DNA from: an uncultured Candidatus Saccharibacteria bacterium
GTDB lineage: Bacteria; Patescibacteriota; Minisyncoccia; Minisyncoccales; PEYH01
Direction: 5' to 3'
Length of the DNA stretch: 44,536 bases
Assembly: GCA_964563465.1 (NCBI GenBank)
Contig: CAZLVZ010000002.1
Location: 1 to 44,536 of the forward strand
Positions 1 through 9,500 of the stretch are shown in pieces. The stretch's first letter is position 1; the number at the start of each line of letters is the position of its first letter. The notes beneath the pieces are model-generated. The model was given only the letters and a program-made list of their open reading frames with translations, did not search any database and was not told the DNA's origin. Both the position numbers and the translations under genes were made by a program.

Positions 1-99
1 AGTTTTTTTATAATTAAATTACTTTAAAAATGTATATGATGATTTTAATTTCAAGTGTTCTGCGAGCGAAGCAAGCAGGTTCTTATTTTTTTAATTTTG

Positions 100-437
100 T
101 GGAGGTGGCGAGGATGAACTCGCGTCCAAAAATTATCCCAAAGATAATTCTACAAACTTGTCTCAGTTTTAACTGAACACAGAATCTAAACTGAGCAAAA
201 AATCTGTGCTTTTTAGCCCCTTTTTTCAATAAATTTTCCGGGCTTTTGAAAATTATCAATCTCGCAATATTACGCCAAAATTACTTAGCGAGAATAGGTA
301 ATCTGACGGCATTAAGCGTAAGCCAATGCAGGTTTTTGAAATAAGTTAGCACTTATTTTTTTTCTCAAAGTTTTACGAGATTTGAGAATACTCGGTTTGC
401 TTATCTTGTTCAAATTTCTGTCGAAACTTTCACCCCC
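100..437 (-). ncRNA. ssrA: tmRNA (SsrA), one-piece; encoded tag peptide ANLFQKPALAYA
   Basis: The minus strand reads 5' GGGGGUGAAAGUUUCGACAG ... GGACGCGAGUUCAUCCUCGCCACCUCCA 3'. The acceptor GGGGGUG/CACCUCC contains a G3:U wobble, the alanine identity element. The T-arm is GCGAG/CUCGC. The tag frame GCU AAC UUA UUU CAA AAA CCU GCA UUG GCU UAC GCU UAA lies at 312..350, preceded by an A-rich ...AAUAAGU context typical of resume sites. It lies directly next to smpB. The CCA end is not encoded. Confidence 0.85.
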
Positions 438-879
438 GAATTTTGAGTTCTCTTCTTATTTCTTTTTCTATTGTTCTTTTTTTAAGAACTTCTCTTTTGT
501 CTCTCTTCCCCTTGCTTTTAGCTGTTCCTATTTCAATCTTTATTTTTCCTCGTTGAGTATACACTTTCAAAGGCACTAATGTCAAGCCTTTTTCGCGAGT
601 TTTTCCAATTAAATGCTTAATTTCTGTTTTTTTTAAGAGAAGTTTTCTGCTTCGTTGAGAGTCATAATCTGCTGGAGTGTTCTTTGGTTGATAAGCGGGG
701 ATGTCAGCGTTGAGCAAATATGGCTCTTCGTTTTTAAGCACGACAAAAGAACCGTGTAGATTAGCTCTACCGAGTTTTACTGATTTAACTTCTTGGCCTA
801 ACAATATAATACCAGCTTCAAATTTTTCTAAGATTTGGAAATCATGATAGGCCTTTTTGTTTTTCGTTAATACTTTCAC
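430..879 (-). CDS. smpB: SsrA-binding protein SmpB
   Basis: 149 aa with full-length SmpB-like sequence (KNKKAYHDFQILEKFEAGIILLGQEVKS...RKLLLKKTEI..., basic C-tail). It is adjacent to the tmRNA. Confidence 0.95.
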   Translation of the reverse strand: MKVLTKNKKAYHDFQILEKFEAGIILLGQEVKSVKLGRANLHGSFVVLKNEEPYLLNADIPAYQPKNTPADYDSQRSRKLLLKKTEIKHLIGKTREKGLTLVPLKVYTQRGKIKIEIGTAKSKGKRDKREVLKKRTIEKEIRRELKIRG

Positions 880-975
880 GCTTTTATACTAACACAAACT
901 GAAAAAATATTAAGTTTTCTTTTTTTTTACGATTAAGGTAGAATAGAGAAAAGAACAATTAATATAATAAAGTTT

Positions 976-1794
976 ATGAAAAAGAAAACAGTAAGTGCTT
1001 GCAGTTGTAATCATAAAATAATTTTTGTTTTAACAATTATTTTTGCAATTTTTTTAATTACATTAACTGCTTTTACCATCGTTAGCATCCAAAACAAAAT
1101 TAAACAAGGAAAATATATTGGTCAAGATTTTGTTACCAAAGACACAATCACCGTTACCGGCACGGGAGAAGTTTATACTCAGCCAGATTTGGCTATAATT
1201 ACACTTTCTGTTAAGAGTGAGGCAAGAACCGTTATTGAAGCAATGACAGAAAATACAGAGAAGATGAATGCGGTCATTGATTTAATAAAAGCTAAGAATG
1301 TTGATAGTAAAGATTTAAAGACCGTAAGCTTTAATATTTATCCTCGTTATGAGTGGCAAAAAGAAGAAGTCGAAATTTTTCCAAACACAGAAAGCAAAAG
1401 AGTTCTTGTTGGTTATGAAATAACTCAATCCCTGCAAGTCAAAATTAGAAATTTAAACAAAATAGGAGAGATTATCCAAACAGCAACCGTAGCTGGAATT
1501 AATCAAGTAGGAGCTTTACAATTTACCATTGACAACCAAGACGAATTTAAAAAACAGGCAAGAGAAGAGGCAATCAAAGAAGCAAAAGAAAAAGCAAAAG
1601 AATTGTCTTCCCAGCTCGGTGTTAAGTTGTTGAAGATTACTGATTTTAGCGAAGGTGGAAACATTCCAAGACCATTGTATTATGATACTGCCTTTAAAGA
1701 AGCTTCTGGTGCTGATAGTACGCCGACACCGCAAATAGAGACAGGAGAAAACAAGATTCAAGTTTCAGTCAGCATTACTTTTGAGATTAACTAA
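976..1794 (+). CDS. SIMPL/DUF541-family protein with N-terminal membrane anchor
   Basis: It has an N-terminal hydrophobic helix. The body shows the SIMPL pattern: ITVTGTGEVYTQPDLAIITLSV..., GYEITQSLQVKIRNLNKIGEII..., KQAREEAIKEAKEKAKEL. Confidence 0.75.
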   Translation: MKKKTVSACSCNHKIIFVLTIIFAIFLITLTAFTIVSIQNKIKQGKYIGQDFVTKDTITVTGTGEVYTQPDLAIITLSVKSEARTVIEAMTENTEKMNAVIDLIKAKNVDSKDLKTVSFNIYPRYEWQKEEVEIFPNTESKRVLVGYEITQSLQVKIRNLNKIGEIIQTATVAGINQVGALQFTIDNQDEFKKQAREEAIKEAKEKAKELSSQLGVKLLKITDFSEGGNIPRPLYYDTAFKEASGADSTPTPQIETGENKIQVSVSITFEIN

Positions 1795-1842
1795 TTCTTT
1801 TATCTTAATTTAAAAAAACAAAAAGGATTAGATTTTAAGATT

Positions 1843-2472
1843 ATGAGCATTAAAACAAAGCTTATTCTTTACATAGTTGCTTTAGTTGCGATAAGTTCCC
1901 TTATCTTTTCTTTGTTTTTTCTTTCTAAATTAAGCCATTTAACAAAAGAAGCGCTCACAAGTCTTGATGCTCAGAATATAATGCTTCAAGGAGGATGTAT
2001 TGTTGGCTTGATTATTATTTTAGGTTTTTTAATTTCATTTTTTTTGACCAAACGACTAATTGATCCAATTGAATTATTTATTGAAAGCACAAGTAAAATT
2101 GCCGAAGGGGATTTAGATTATCAGCTTCAGATAAAAAAGGATGATGAGCTTGGACGATTGGCGAAAAATTTTAATCAAATGACTAAAAGTTTAAAAAAAT
2201 CTCGCAAAGAACTGGAGCAAGCAAGAGATGTTTTAGAGGTAAAAGTCAAAGCAAGGACAATGGAGTTACAAGAGCAAGCAAAGGGACTTGATGAACAAGT
2301 TAAAGAGAGGACAAAAGAATTACAAGAAAGAATAGATGAATTGGAAAGATTCCATAGATTGACCGTTGGCAGAGAATTAAGAATGATTGAATTAAAGCAA
2401 ATGATTCAGGAGCTTGAAAATAGTAAAGAGTTAACCGGTAAAAAGAAATTGACGGAAAAAAAGAAGAAGTGA
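1843..2472 (+). CDS. Membrane HAMP-domain / coiled-coil protein with no output domain
   Basis: It has two predicted TM helices and a HAMP-like segment (LIDPIELFIESTSKIAEGDLDYQLQIKKDDELGRLAKNFNQMTKSL). A long heptad-rich coiled coil follows (ARTMELQEQ...ERTKELQERIDELERFHRLTVGRELRMIELK). Confidence 0.7.
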   Translation: MSIKTKLILYIVALVAISSLIFSLFFLSKLSHLTKEALTSLDAQNIMLQGGCIVGLIIILGFLISFFLTKRLIDPIELFIESTSKIAEGDLDYQLQIKKDDELGRLAKNFNQMTKSLKKSRKELEQARDVLEVKVKARTMELQEQAKGLDEQVKERTKELQERIDELERFHRLTVGRELRMIELKQMIQELENSKELTGKKKLTEKKKK

Positions 2473-3314
2473 AGATGAAAAAGATTTATGTTATTAATTT
2501 AAGAGGCGAAAAGGAGCCGTTTTCTTTGAAAAAGGTTTTTAATAGTGCGCGTAGAGCCGGGGCTTCAGAAAAGTTAGCACAAGAGATTGCTTCGAAGATT
2601 CGAGATCAGGCATTTCCTGGAATTAAAACTTCAGAAATTTTTAAAAAAGTAAAAAAATTTCTTAGAGAAACAGACAAAAAATCGGGACTCCGTTTTGGAT
2701 TGAAAGAAGCGATAAGAAAATTAGGTCCAAGCGGTTTTCCTTTTGAAAAATATACAAGCGAAATTTTTGCGAACCAAGAATTTAAAATTTTACTGAATCA
2801 AAAGATTAGGGGTAAATACGCCATACACGAGATTGATTTTTTAGCAAAAAAAGATAAATTGCTTTATGTAAGCGAATGTAAATTTAGACAACGAGCAGGA
2901 GAGAGAATTGATTTATCAATAGTATTAATGGTGTGGGCTCGATTTTTAGACCTGAATCAAGGCAATTATTTCAAAAAATTTACAGAATATACAATAAAAC
3001 CAATTATTATTACCAATGCCAAATTTACCTCTCAAGCCATAAGATATTCTAATGGAATGGGAATAGAACTATTGGGATGGAATTATCCTAAAAATAGAGG
3101 ATTGGAAAGAATAATTGAGAACAAAAAACTCTATCCAATTACTATTCTGCCATCCTTAACAAATTATTTAATGGGAATTTTTTCTTCTCAAAAAATGATG
3201 TTGGTAAAAGATATTTTAAATCTTGACCTTAAAATATTTTCTAAAAAGACAAAAATTAAAGAGAGCAAAATTTTACCTTTGGTTGAAGAAGCAAAGATTT
3301 TATTAAGAGATTGA
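2469..3314 (+). CDS. ATP-cone domain fused to a PD-(D/E)xK (Mrr-like) restriction-endonuclease-fold domain
   Basis: The N-terminus is ATP-cone-like (IYVINLRGEKEPFSLKKVFNSARRAGASEKLAQEIASKI). The centre reads HEIDFLAKKDKLLYVSECKF, giving D...ExK. The GTG at 2469 overlaps the TGA of the upstream gene (GTGA); an alternative ATG lies at 2475. Confidence 0.65.
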   Translation: MKMKKIYVINLRGEKEPFSLKKVFNSARRAGASEKLAQEIASKIRDQAFPGIKTSEIFKKVKKFLRETDKKSGLRFGLKEAIRKLGPSGFPFEKYTSEIFANQEFKILLNQKIRGKYAIHEIDFLAKKDKLLYVSECKFRQRAGERIDLSIVLMVWARFLDLNQGNYFKKFTEYTIKPIIITNAKFTSQAIRYSNGMGIELLGWNYPKNRGLERIIENKKLYPITILPSLTNYLMGIFSSQKMMLVKDILNLDLKIFSKKTKIKESKILPLVEEAKILLRD

Positions 3315-3467
3315 AACTTTTTCAAAAATTCAACATTTAAATATTTTTAAGAATACTTTTTCTCTATTCAGCGATTTTTTTATTTTATCCACAGTTTTGT
3401 GTTTGACACCATTTTATGTATAACTTAAACTGAATGTAAGGTTAAAGCTAACATTTAGTTCACAGAT

Positions 3468-4052
3468 ATGAAAAAAGGTGATTATATTTCAACAATTTTG
3501 CGTTCAGAAAAGACGGTTTTTTCTTTTAAAGACATAGTTTTGTTGTGGGGAGATTCTGGTAATGCGGCTAGGGTAAGGATCAATTATTATTTGAAAAATA
3601 ACGATCTTTATCGTATTCGTCAGGGAATCTACGCCAAAGATAAAAATTACGATAAGTTTGAGTTGGCTACCAGAATATTTACTCCCGCTTATGTAAGCTT
3701 GGAAACGATTCTGGGTCAGAATGGCATTACATTTCAATATTATGGTCAAATTTTCGTTGCCTCTTATCTAACAAGAGAAATAAAAATTGATGGTCAGAAA
3801 TATTCGTATAGAAAAATAAAAGATTCTATTTTAACCAATAGTGTTGGGATAAAAAATAGAGATAACTGCTCTATGGCTACCCCAGAGAGAGCTTTTTTAG
3901 ATGTTCTTTATTTAAATAAAGATTATTATTTTGATAATTTGTCTGGATTAAATTGGGAAAAAGTTTTTGAAATTCTTCCTGTTTATGAAGGCAATAAGCG
4001 TATGGAAAGAAGGGTCAAGGAACAATATAAAGAATTTAAAACTAAAGAGTAA
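3468..4052 (+). CDS. AbiEi-like (type IV TA antitoxin family) protein
   Basis: It shows the AbiEi pattern (RIRQGIYA..., TPAYVSLETILGQNGI, ATPERAFLDVLYL). It sits 6 nt upstream of an AbiEii-like gene. Confidence 0.65.
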   Translation: MKKGDYISTILRSEKTVFSFKDIVLLWGDSGNAARVRINYYLKNNDLYRIRQGIYAKDKNYDKFELATRIFTPAYVSLETILGQNGITFQYYGQIFVASYLTREIKIDGQKYSYRKIKDSILTNSVGIKNRDNCSMATPERAFLDVLYLNKDYYFDNLSGLNWEKVFEILPVYEGNKRMERRVKEQYKEFKTKE

Positions 4053-4058
4053 TTCTAT

Positions 4059-4757
4059 ATGAGTTTATACACAGCGAGACACAAAAATTTGCTTCTCCAA
4101 ATTCTTAAAGATATTTATTCCGACACGAAAATATCTCCGTTTTTAGGATTTAAGGGTGGCACCGCCGCTTATCTTTTCTATGGTTTGCCTCGTTTTTCTG
4201 TCGATTTGGATTTTGACTTGCTTGACAGAACGAAAGAAGAATTTGTTTTTTTGAAGGTAAAAGAAATTGTTAAGAAATATGGAAAAATGAAAGATGCAAA
4301 GAAAAAAAGATTTAATCTTTTTTTCCTCGTTTCGTATGAAGAGAAAGCTCAAAATATTAAAATTGAGATTAATCGTAGAGCATTTGGTTCCCAATATGCG
4401 CTAAAAACGCATTTGGGAATTTCGATGTTGGTGATGGAAAAAGAAGATATGTTTGCCCATAAACTGATGGCGATGTATGAAAGGATGGGTAAAGCCAATC
4501 GTGACATTTACGATGTTTGGTTTTTTCTTAAAGAAAATTGGCCAGTAAACAAAAATATGGTTGAAGAAAGATCGGGAATGACTTTTAAAATTTTTTTACA
4601 GAAATGTATTCTTTCTTTAAAAAAAATGGAAAATTACAATATTTTAGATGGGATGGGGGAAGTTTTAAGCGAAAAGCAAAAAATCTGGGCCAAAGAAAAT
4701 TTATTAAAAGATATTTTATTTCTACTAAAATTAAAACTTAGCGAATATACTGGATAG
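4059..4757 (+). CDS. Nucleotidyltransferase, AbiEii/AbiGii toxin family
   Basis: It carries the N-terminal signature LGFKGGTAAYLFYGLPRFSVDLDFDL. Its size (232 aa) and its position after an AbiEi-like gene fit the family. Confidence 0.8.
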   Translation: MSLYTARHKNLLLQILKDIYSDTKISPFLGFKGGTAAYLFYGLPRFSVDLDFDLLDRTKEEFVFLKVKEIVKKYGKMKDAKKKRFNLFFLVSYEEKAQNIKIEINRRAFGSQYALKTHLGISMLVMEKEDMFAHKLMAMYERMGKANRDIYDVWFFLKENWPVNKNMVEERSGMTFKIFLQKCILSLKKMENYNILDGMGEVLSEKQKIWAKENLLKDILFLLKLKLSEYTG

Positions 4758-4759
4758 AC

Positions 4760-6484
4760 ATGACTAAAAAGGAAATTACAAAATACATAAAGAAAGCGGT
4801 TAAGGTGGCGCAAAAGGAAGAAAAACTTCCTCATTTTGATATGCATCAGGTATTAGTTGAGTTTTCAGACAGAGAAGAACACGGCGATTACTCTACTAAT
4901 ATTGCCTTATTGATTGGCAAGAAAATTAAAAAGAATCCGATGGAAGTGGCAGAAATTTTGGTCGAACAGCTAAAGTGCGTTTGCGATGGGGAGGGTCGTA
5001 TTGAGGCGGTAGAACCGGGATTTATAAATTTTTGGCTGACAGAAAAGGAATTATTAGATTCCCTACAAAGAGCATTACAAGAAAAGAGCAGATACGGATC
5101 AGATCACGAAAACAGAACAATGGTTATAGATTATTCTGCCCCAAACATTGCAAAGCCATTTGGAGTTGGACATTTGCGTTCAACTATTATTGGTCAAGCG
5201 ATTTATAACATTTATGAATTTTTGGGTTGGAAATGTATTGGTGATAATCATTTAGGTGATTGGGGCACTCAATTTGGTAAACTCATCGTTGCTATAAAAA
5301 AATGGTGGAAAAAAGATTTAAAAGAATTGACGATTGCAGAATTAGAGAAGTTATATGTAAAATTTCATAAAGAGAGCGAAGGAAATGAAGGGCTATTAGA
5401 CGAAGCAAGAGATTGGTTTAAAAAACTTGAACAAGGAGACAAAGAAGCCGAGACAGTATGGAAGATTTGTGTGGATGTAAGTTTAAAAGAATTTGACAGC
5501 GTCTATAAAATTTTAGGAATAGAAATAGACAATGCTATAGGAGAAAGTTTCTATAGAGATAAAACGAAGGCAATTATTGAAGATGCAAAAAAAAGAAAGA
5601 TAGCTAAACAGAGTCAAGGGGCTTTGATTGTTCCTCTTCCTGATATAAAAGTGCCCTTAATGCTTTTGAAATCAGATGGAGCAACCACATACGAGACGAG
5701 AGAAATGGCAACCATAAAATATCGCGAGGAGAAATGGAATCCGGATTTGATTATATGGGAAGTTGGAGCAGACCAAACATTTCATTTCCAGAAATCTTTT
5801 TCAGCAGCAGAAATACTTGGTTATGGGAATAAAGACAAATTTATTCATGTCGCCCATGGTTTGATTAGATGGCCGCATGGTAAATTTTCCACCAGAAAAG
5901 GAGACACGATTCATCTAAAAGACATATTAGAAGAAGCGATAGAAAGGGCAAAAAAAATTCTTGATAAATCTGGAATAATTAAAGGTATCCCAGAAAAAGA
6001 AAAGCAAGAGATAGCCAAGCAAGTTGGCATTGGTGCAATTAAATACAATGATTTGTCGCGTCATTATTCTCGGGACATAATATTTGATTGGGAGAAAATT
6101 CTATCTCTTAACGGAAATTCGGGTCCATATCTTCAATATACTGCCGTGCGTTGTCAGAGTGTAATTGATAAAGCAGAATCTAACCCTTTTCTTTTTAACG
6201 AAAATATCGTAGGATTTAATCAAGAAGAAATGGCGATTTTACGAACTATTTATAGATTTCCGGAAATCGTTAAACAAGCAGGGAATAGTTTCTCGCCAAA
6301 TTTAGTTTGTAACTTTGCTTTTGATTTAGCGCAAAAATATAATATTTTTTACGAGAAGAATTCGATTATAAAAGCAGGGAATAACGAGAGAAGAAATTTT
6401 CGCTTATCTCTTACAATGGCAACAAGACAAATTTTAGAAAATAGTTTGAAATTATTAGGAATTTCTATTCCTGAAAAAATGTAA
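4760..6484 (+). CDS. argS: Arginine--tRNA ligase
   Basis: 574 aa with class I motifs (PNIAKPFGVGHLRST), an anticodon-binding C-terminus, and the typical terminal ...EKM. Confidence 0.95.
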   Translation: MTKKEITKYIKKAVKVAQKEEKLPHFDMHQVLVEFSDREEHGDYSTNIALLIGKKIKKNPMEVAEILVEQLKCVCDGEGRIEAVEPGFINFWLTEKELLDSLQRALQEKSRYGSDHENRTMVIDYSAPNIAKPFGVGHLRSTIIGQAIYNIYEFLGWKCIGDNHLGDWGTQFGKLIVAIKKWWKKDLKELTIAELEKLYVKFHKESEGNEGLLDEARDWFKKLEQGDKEAETVWKICVDVSLKEFDSVYKILGIEIDNAIGESFYRDKTKAIIEDAKKRKIAKQSQGALIVPLPDIKVPLMLLKSDGATTYETREMATIKYREEKWNPDLIIWEVGADQTFHFQKSFSAAEILGYGNKDKFIHVAHGLIRWPHGKFSTRKGDTIHLKDILEEAIERAKKILDKSGIIKGIPEKEKQEIAKQVGIGAIKYNDLSRHYSRDIIFDWEKILSLNGNSGPYLQYTAVRCQSVIDKAESNPFLFNENIVGFNQEEMAILRTIYRFPEIVKQAGNSFSPNLVCNFAFDLAQKYNIFYEKNSIIKAGNNERRNFRLSLTMATRQILENSLKLLGISIPEKM

Positions 6485-6513
6485 ATTATTCGAGAACATA
6501 TCTCAGAAAAAAT

Positions 6514-9500
6514 ATGGAAGTAGGGCGTTCAAAATCAGAGGAAAAAATAGCGAAATTCTGGAAAGAGAATCAAGTCTTTGAAAAATCTTTAAATAAAAAA
6601 GGTGGTGATTTTGTTTTTTATGAAGGTCCGCCAACCGCCAATGCTAAACCAGGGGTCCATCATGTTTTAACCCGAGCATTTAAGGATATAATTTGTAGAT
6701 ATCAAACAATGCAGGGTAAAAGAGTTTTAAGAAAAGCTGGGTGGGATGTTCATGGTTTACCAGTGGAATTAGCCGTAGAAAAAAGCTTGGGATTAAAGAA
6801 TAAAAAAGACATTGAAGAATACGGAATAGATAAATTCAATCAAAAATGTAAAGAATCAGTTTGGGAACACGCCAAAGAATGGGGAGACCTTACAGAAAGA
6901 ATCGGTTTTTGGTTGGATTTAAAGAATCCGTACATTACCAGCGATCCTCTTTATATGGAGAGTATTTTTAACATTATTAAACAAATATCAAATAAGGGTT
7001 TACTCTATCAAGATTACAAGGTGGTCCCTTATTGTCCGCGATGCGGAACGGTTCTTTCTTCTCACGAAGTTGCACAAGGATATAAGAAAATAAAAGAGAA
7101 TGCTGTTTATGTAAAATTTGAGATTAAAAACAAAAAATTTAAGGCAAATACATTTTTGCTTGTCTGGACAACCACACCTTGGACATTACCTGCCAACATA
7201 GCAATAGCTGTAAATCCAAAAATTGAATATATTTTAGTAAAAATCAATAAAGAATATTTGATTATCGCTAAAAAAAGACAAGAAATTTTAGAAGATAATT
7301 TTGAGATTATAAAAGAGTTTAAGGGAGAAGACTTGGTTGGTCTTCAATATAAACCGATATTTAAAAAAGATGTGATTGTTTTGCCGAAGAATACAAAAAA
7401 CGCATATCAGATTCTTCCCGCAGACTTTGTTACAACCCAAGAGGGAACGGGTTTAGTTCATATTGCACCCGCTTTCGGTCAAGACGATATGGAATTGATA
7501 AAGACGGAAAACGAGAAACAAAAAAAAGAAAGTGATAAATTTCCGATTTTACTGATAGTGGACAAAGAAGGAAAATTTACCGTAGAAGTCAAAAAATGGA
7601 AAGGGATGTTTGTCAAAGACGCAGATTCATTGATCATTAAAGAACTCAAAAATACTAATCGTTTATTTAAACAAGAAAAATACGAGCACGACTATCCCTT
7701 TTGTTGGAGATGCGACACTCCCCTTTTGTACTATGCTAAAAAGAGTTGGTTTATTAAAGTGAAAGATATTAAGCAAAAATTAATTGAAAATAATCAAAAG
7801 ATTAATTGGTTGCCAGAGCATATAAAAGAGGGTAGGTTCGGAGAATGGTTGAGAGAATTAAAAGATTGGGCATTGTCGCGGGAAAGATATTGGGGGACGC
7901 CCTTACCAGTATGGAAGTGTGAGCATTGCGATCATCAAGAGGTTATAGGGGGCAGAGAGGATTTAAAAAAACAAAAATTTAGCACTAATCAATATTTTGT
8001 TTTAAGACACGGAGAGTCAACTTCAAATGTTGAAGAATTTTATTGTTCTTGGCCCGAACCTAAAAAATCTTTATTAACACAAAAAGGAGAATTTCAAATT
8101 AATGAAATTATTGAAAAAATCAAGAATGAAAAAATAGATATAATATTTTCTTCTGATATTTTAAGAACTTCGCAAACGGCGGAGCTTGTAGCCAAAGCAT
8201 TGGGCAAGAAAGTAAAATATGATATTCGTCTACGCGAGATTGATATGGGGATTTTTAATGGTAAAGACCTTCAACGAGGAAGAGAGTTTTTTAATTCAGA
8301 GGTTAAGCTTAGCGCGAAAGAAGTCTTTTTAAATAAATTTAATAATGGATTCAGTGAAGGGGAAAATTTTTCTGAAGTTAAAATGAGGGTTTTAGATTTT
8401 TTAAAAAAGATTGACAAAAAATTTAAAAATAAAAATATTCTAATTGTAAGTCACGAATTGCCAATTTTAATGTTAAAAAGTGCGTTATTAGGATGGACTA
8501 ACGAGGAAATGGCTGAACACAGAAAGGACATTTCTACTTCAACTGGGTCGTTTGCAAAAATTGAATTTAAAATTTTTCCATATAATCAAAAAGGAGAACT
8601 TGATTTTCATCGGCCATATATTGATGAAGTTCAGTTTTTGTGTCCAAAATGTGGCAAAGCAATGGAAAGAGTTCCTGAAGTAATTGATTGTTGGTTTGAT
8701 TCTGGTTCAATGCCATTCAGTCAAAGACATTGGCCATTTAGTGACCAATCATCAAAAATTAATAATTATTCAATTCCACCCGAATTATTTCCTGCTGATT
8801 ATATTAGTGAAGCGGTGGATCAAACAAGGGGATGGTTTTATACATTACTTGCCATTTCTTCTTTACTCGGATTTGAGTCTCCATACAAGAGCGTTGTTGT
8901 TCTGGGACATGTTTTAGACAAAAATGGTCAAAAAATGTCAAAGTCAAAAGGTAATGTAGTGGATCCATGGGAGATGATTGAAAAATATGGAGCAGATGCT
9001 CTTCGTTGGTATTTTTATACTATCAATCAGCCGGGAGATTCTAAACTTTTCTCTGAAAAGGATTTAGACCAAAGATTAAAGAAGTTTATTATGACATTTT
9101 GGCATTGCTTTACATTTTGGAAAATGTATGAGCAAACAGTAGAAAATAAATCAGCAGAGATAGACAGCCAGAACGTGCTAGACAAATGGATTTTATCTAA
9201 ACTTAATGGTTTAGTTGGAGATACAACAAAAAAATTAGACAAATATGATATTACGGGTGCAGCTCGAGAAATAGAATCTTTTGTAATTGACGACTTGTCT
9301 TTATGGTATATTAGGCGTTCAAGAAAAAGATTTCAAAGACCCGATTCACAAAAAGAAATAGAGCAAGCTTATTCTGTTTTACGGCATACGCTTTTAGTTT
9401 TATCAAAACTAACAGCCCCATTTATACCGTTTGTGAGCGAAGAGATTTATCTTGAAGTTATGAATAAAAAAGATAAATTAAGCGTCCATTTAGATGATTG

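Noticed and set aside
382-579. 65-aa + strand ORF in the track
   Set aside because: It lies antisense to the smpB 3' end and across the tmRNA 5' region. Its sequence is low-complexity and Phe/Ser/Leu-rich. The tmRNA and smpB explain the region.
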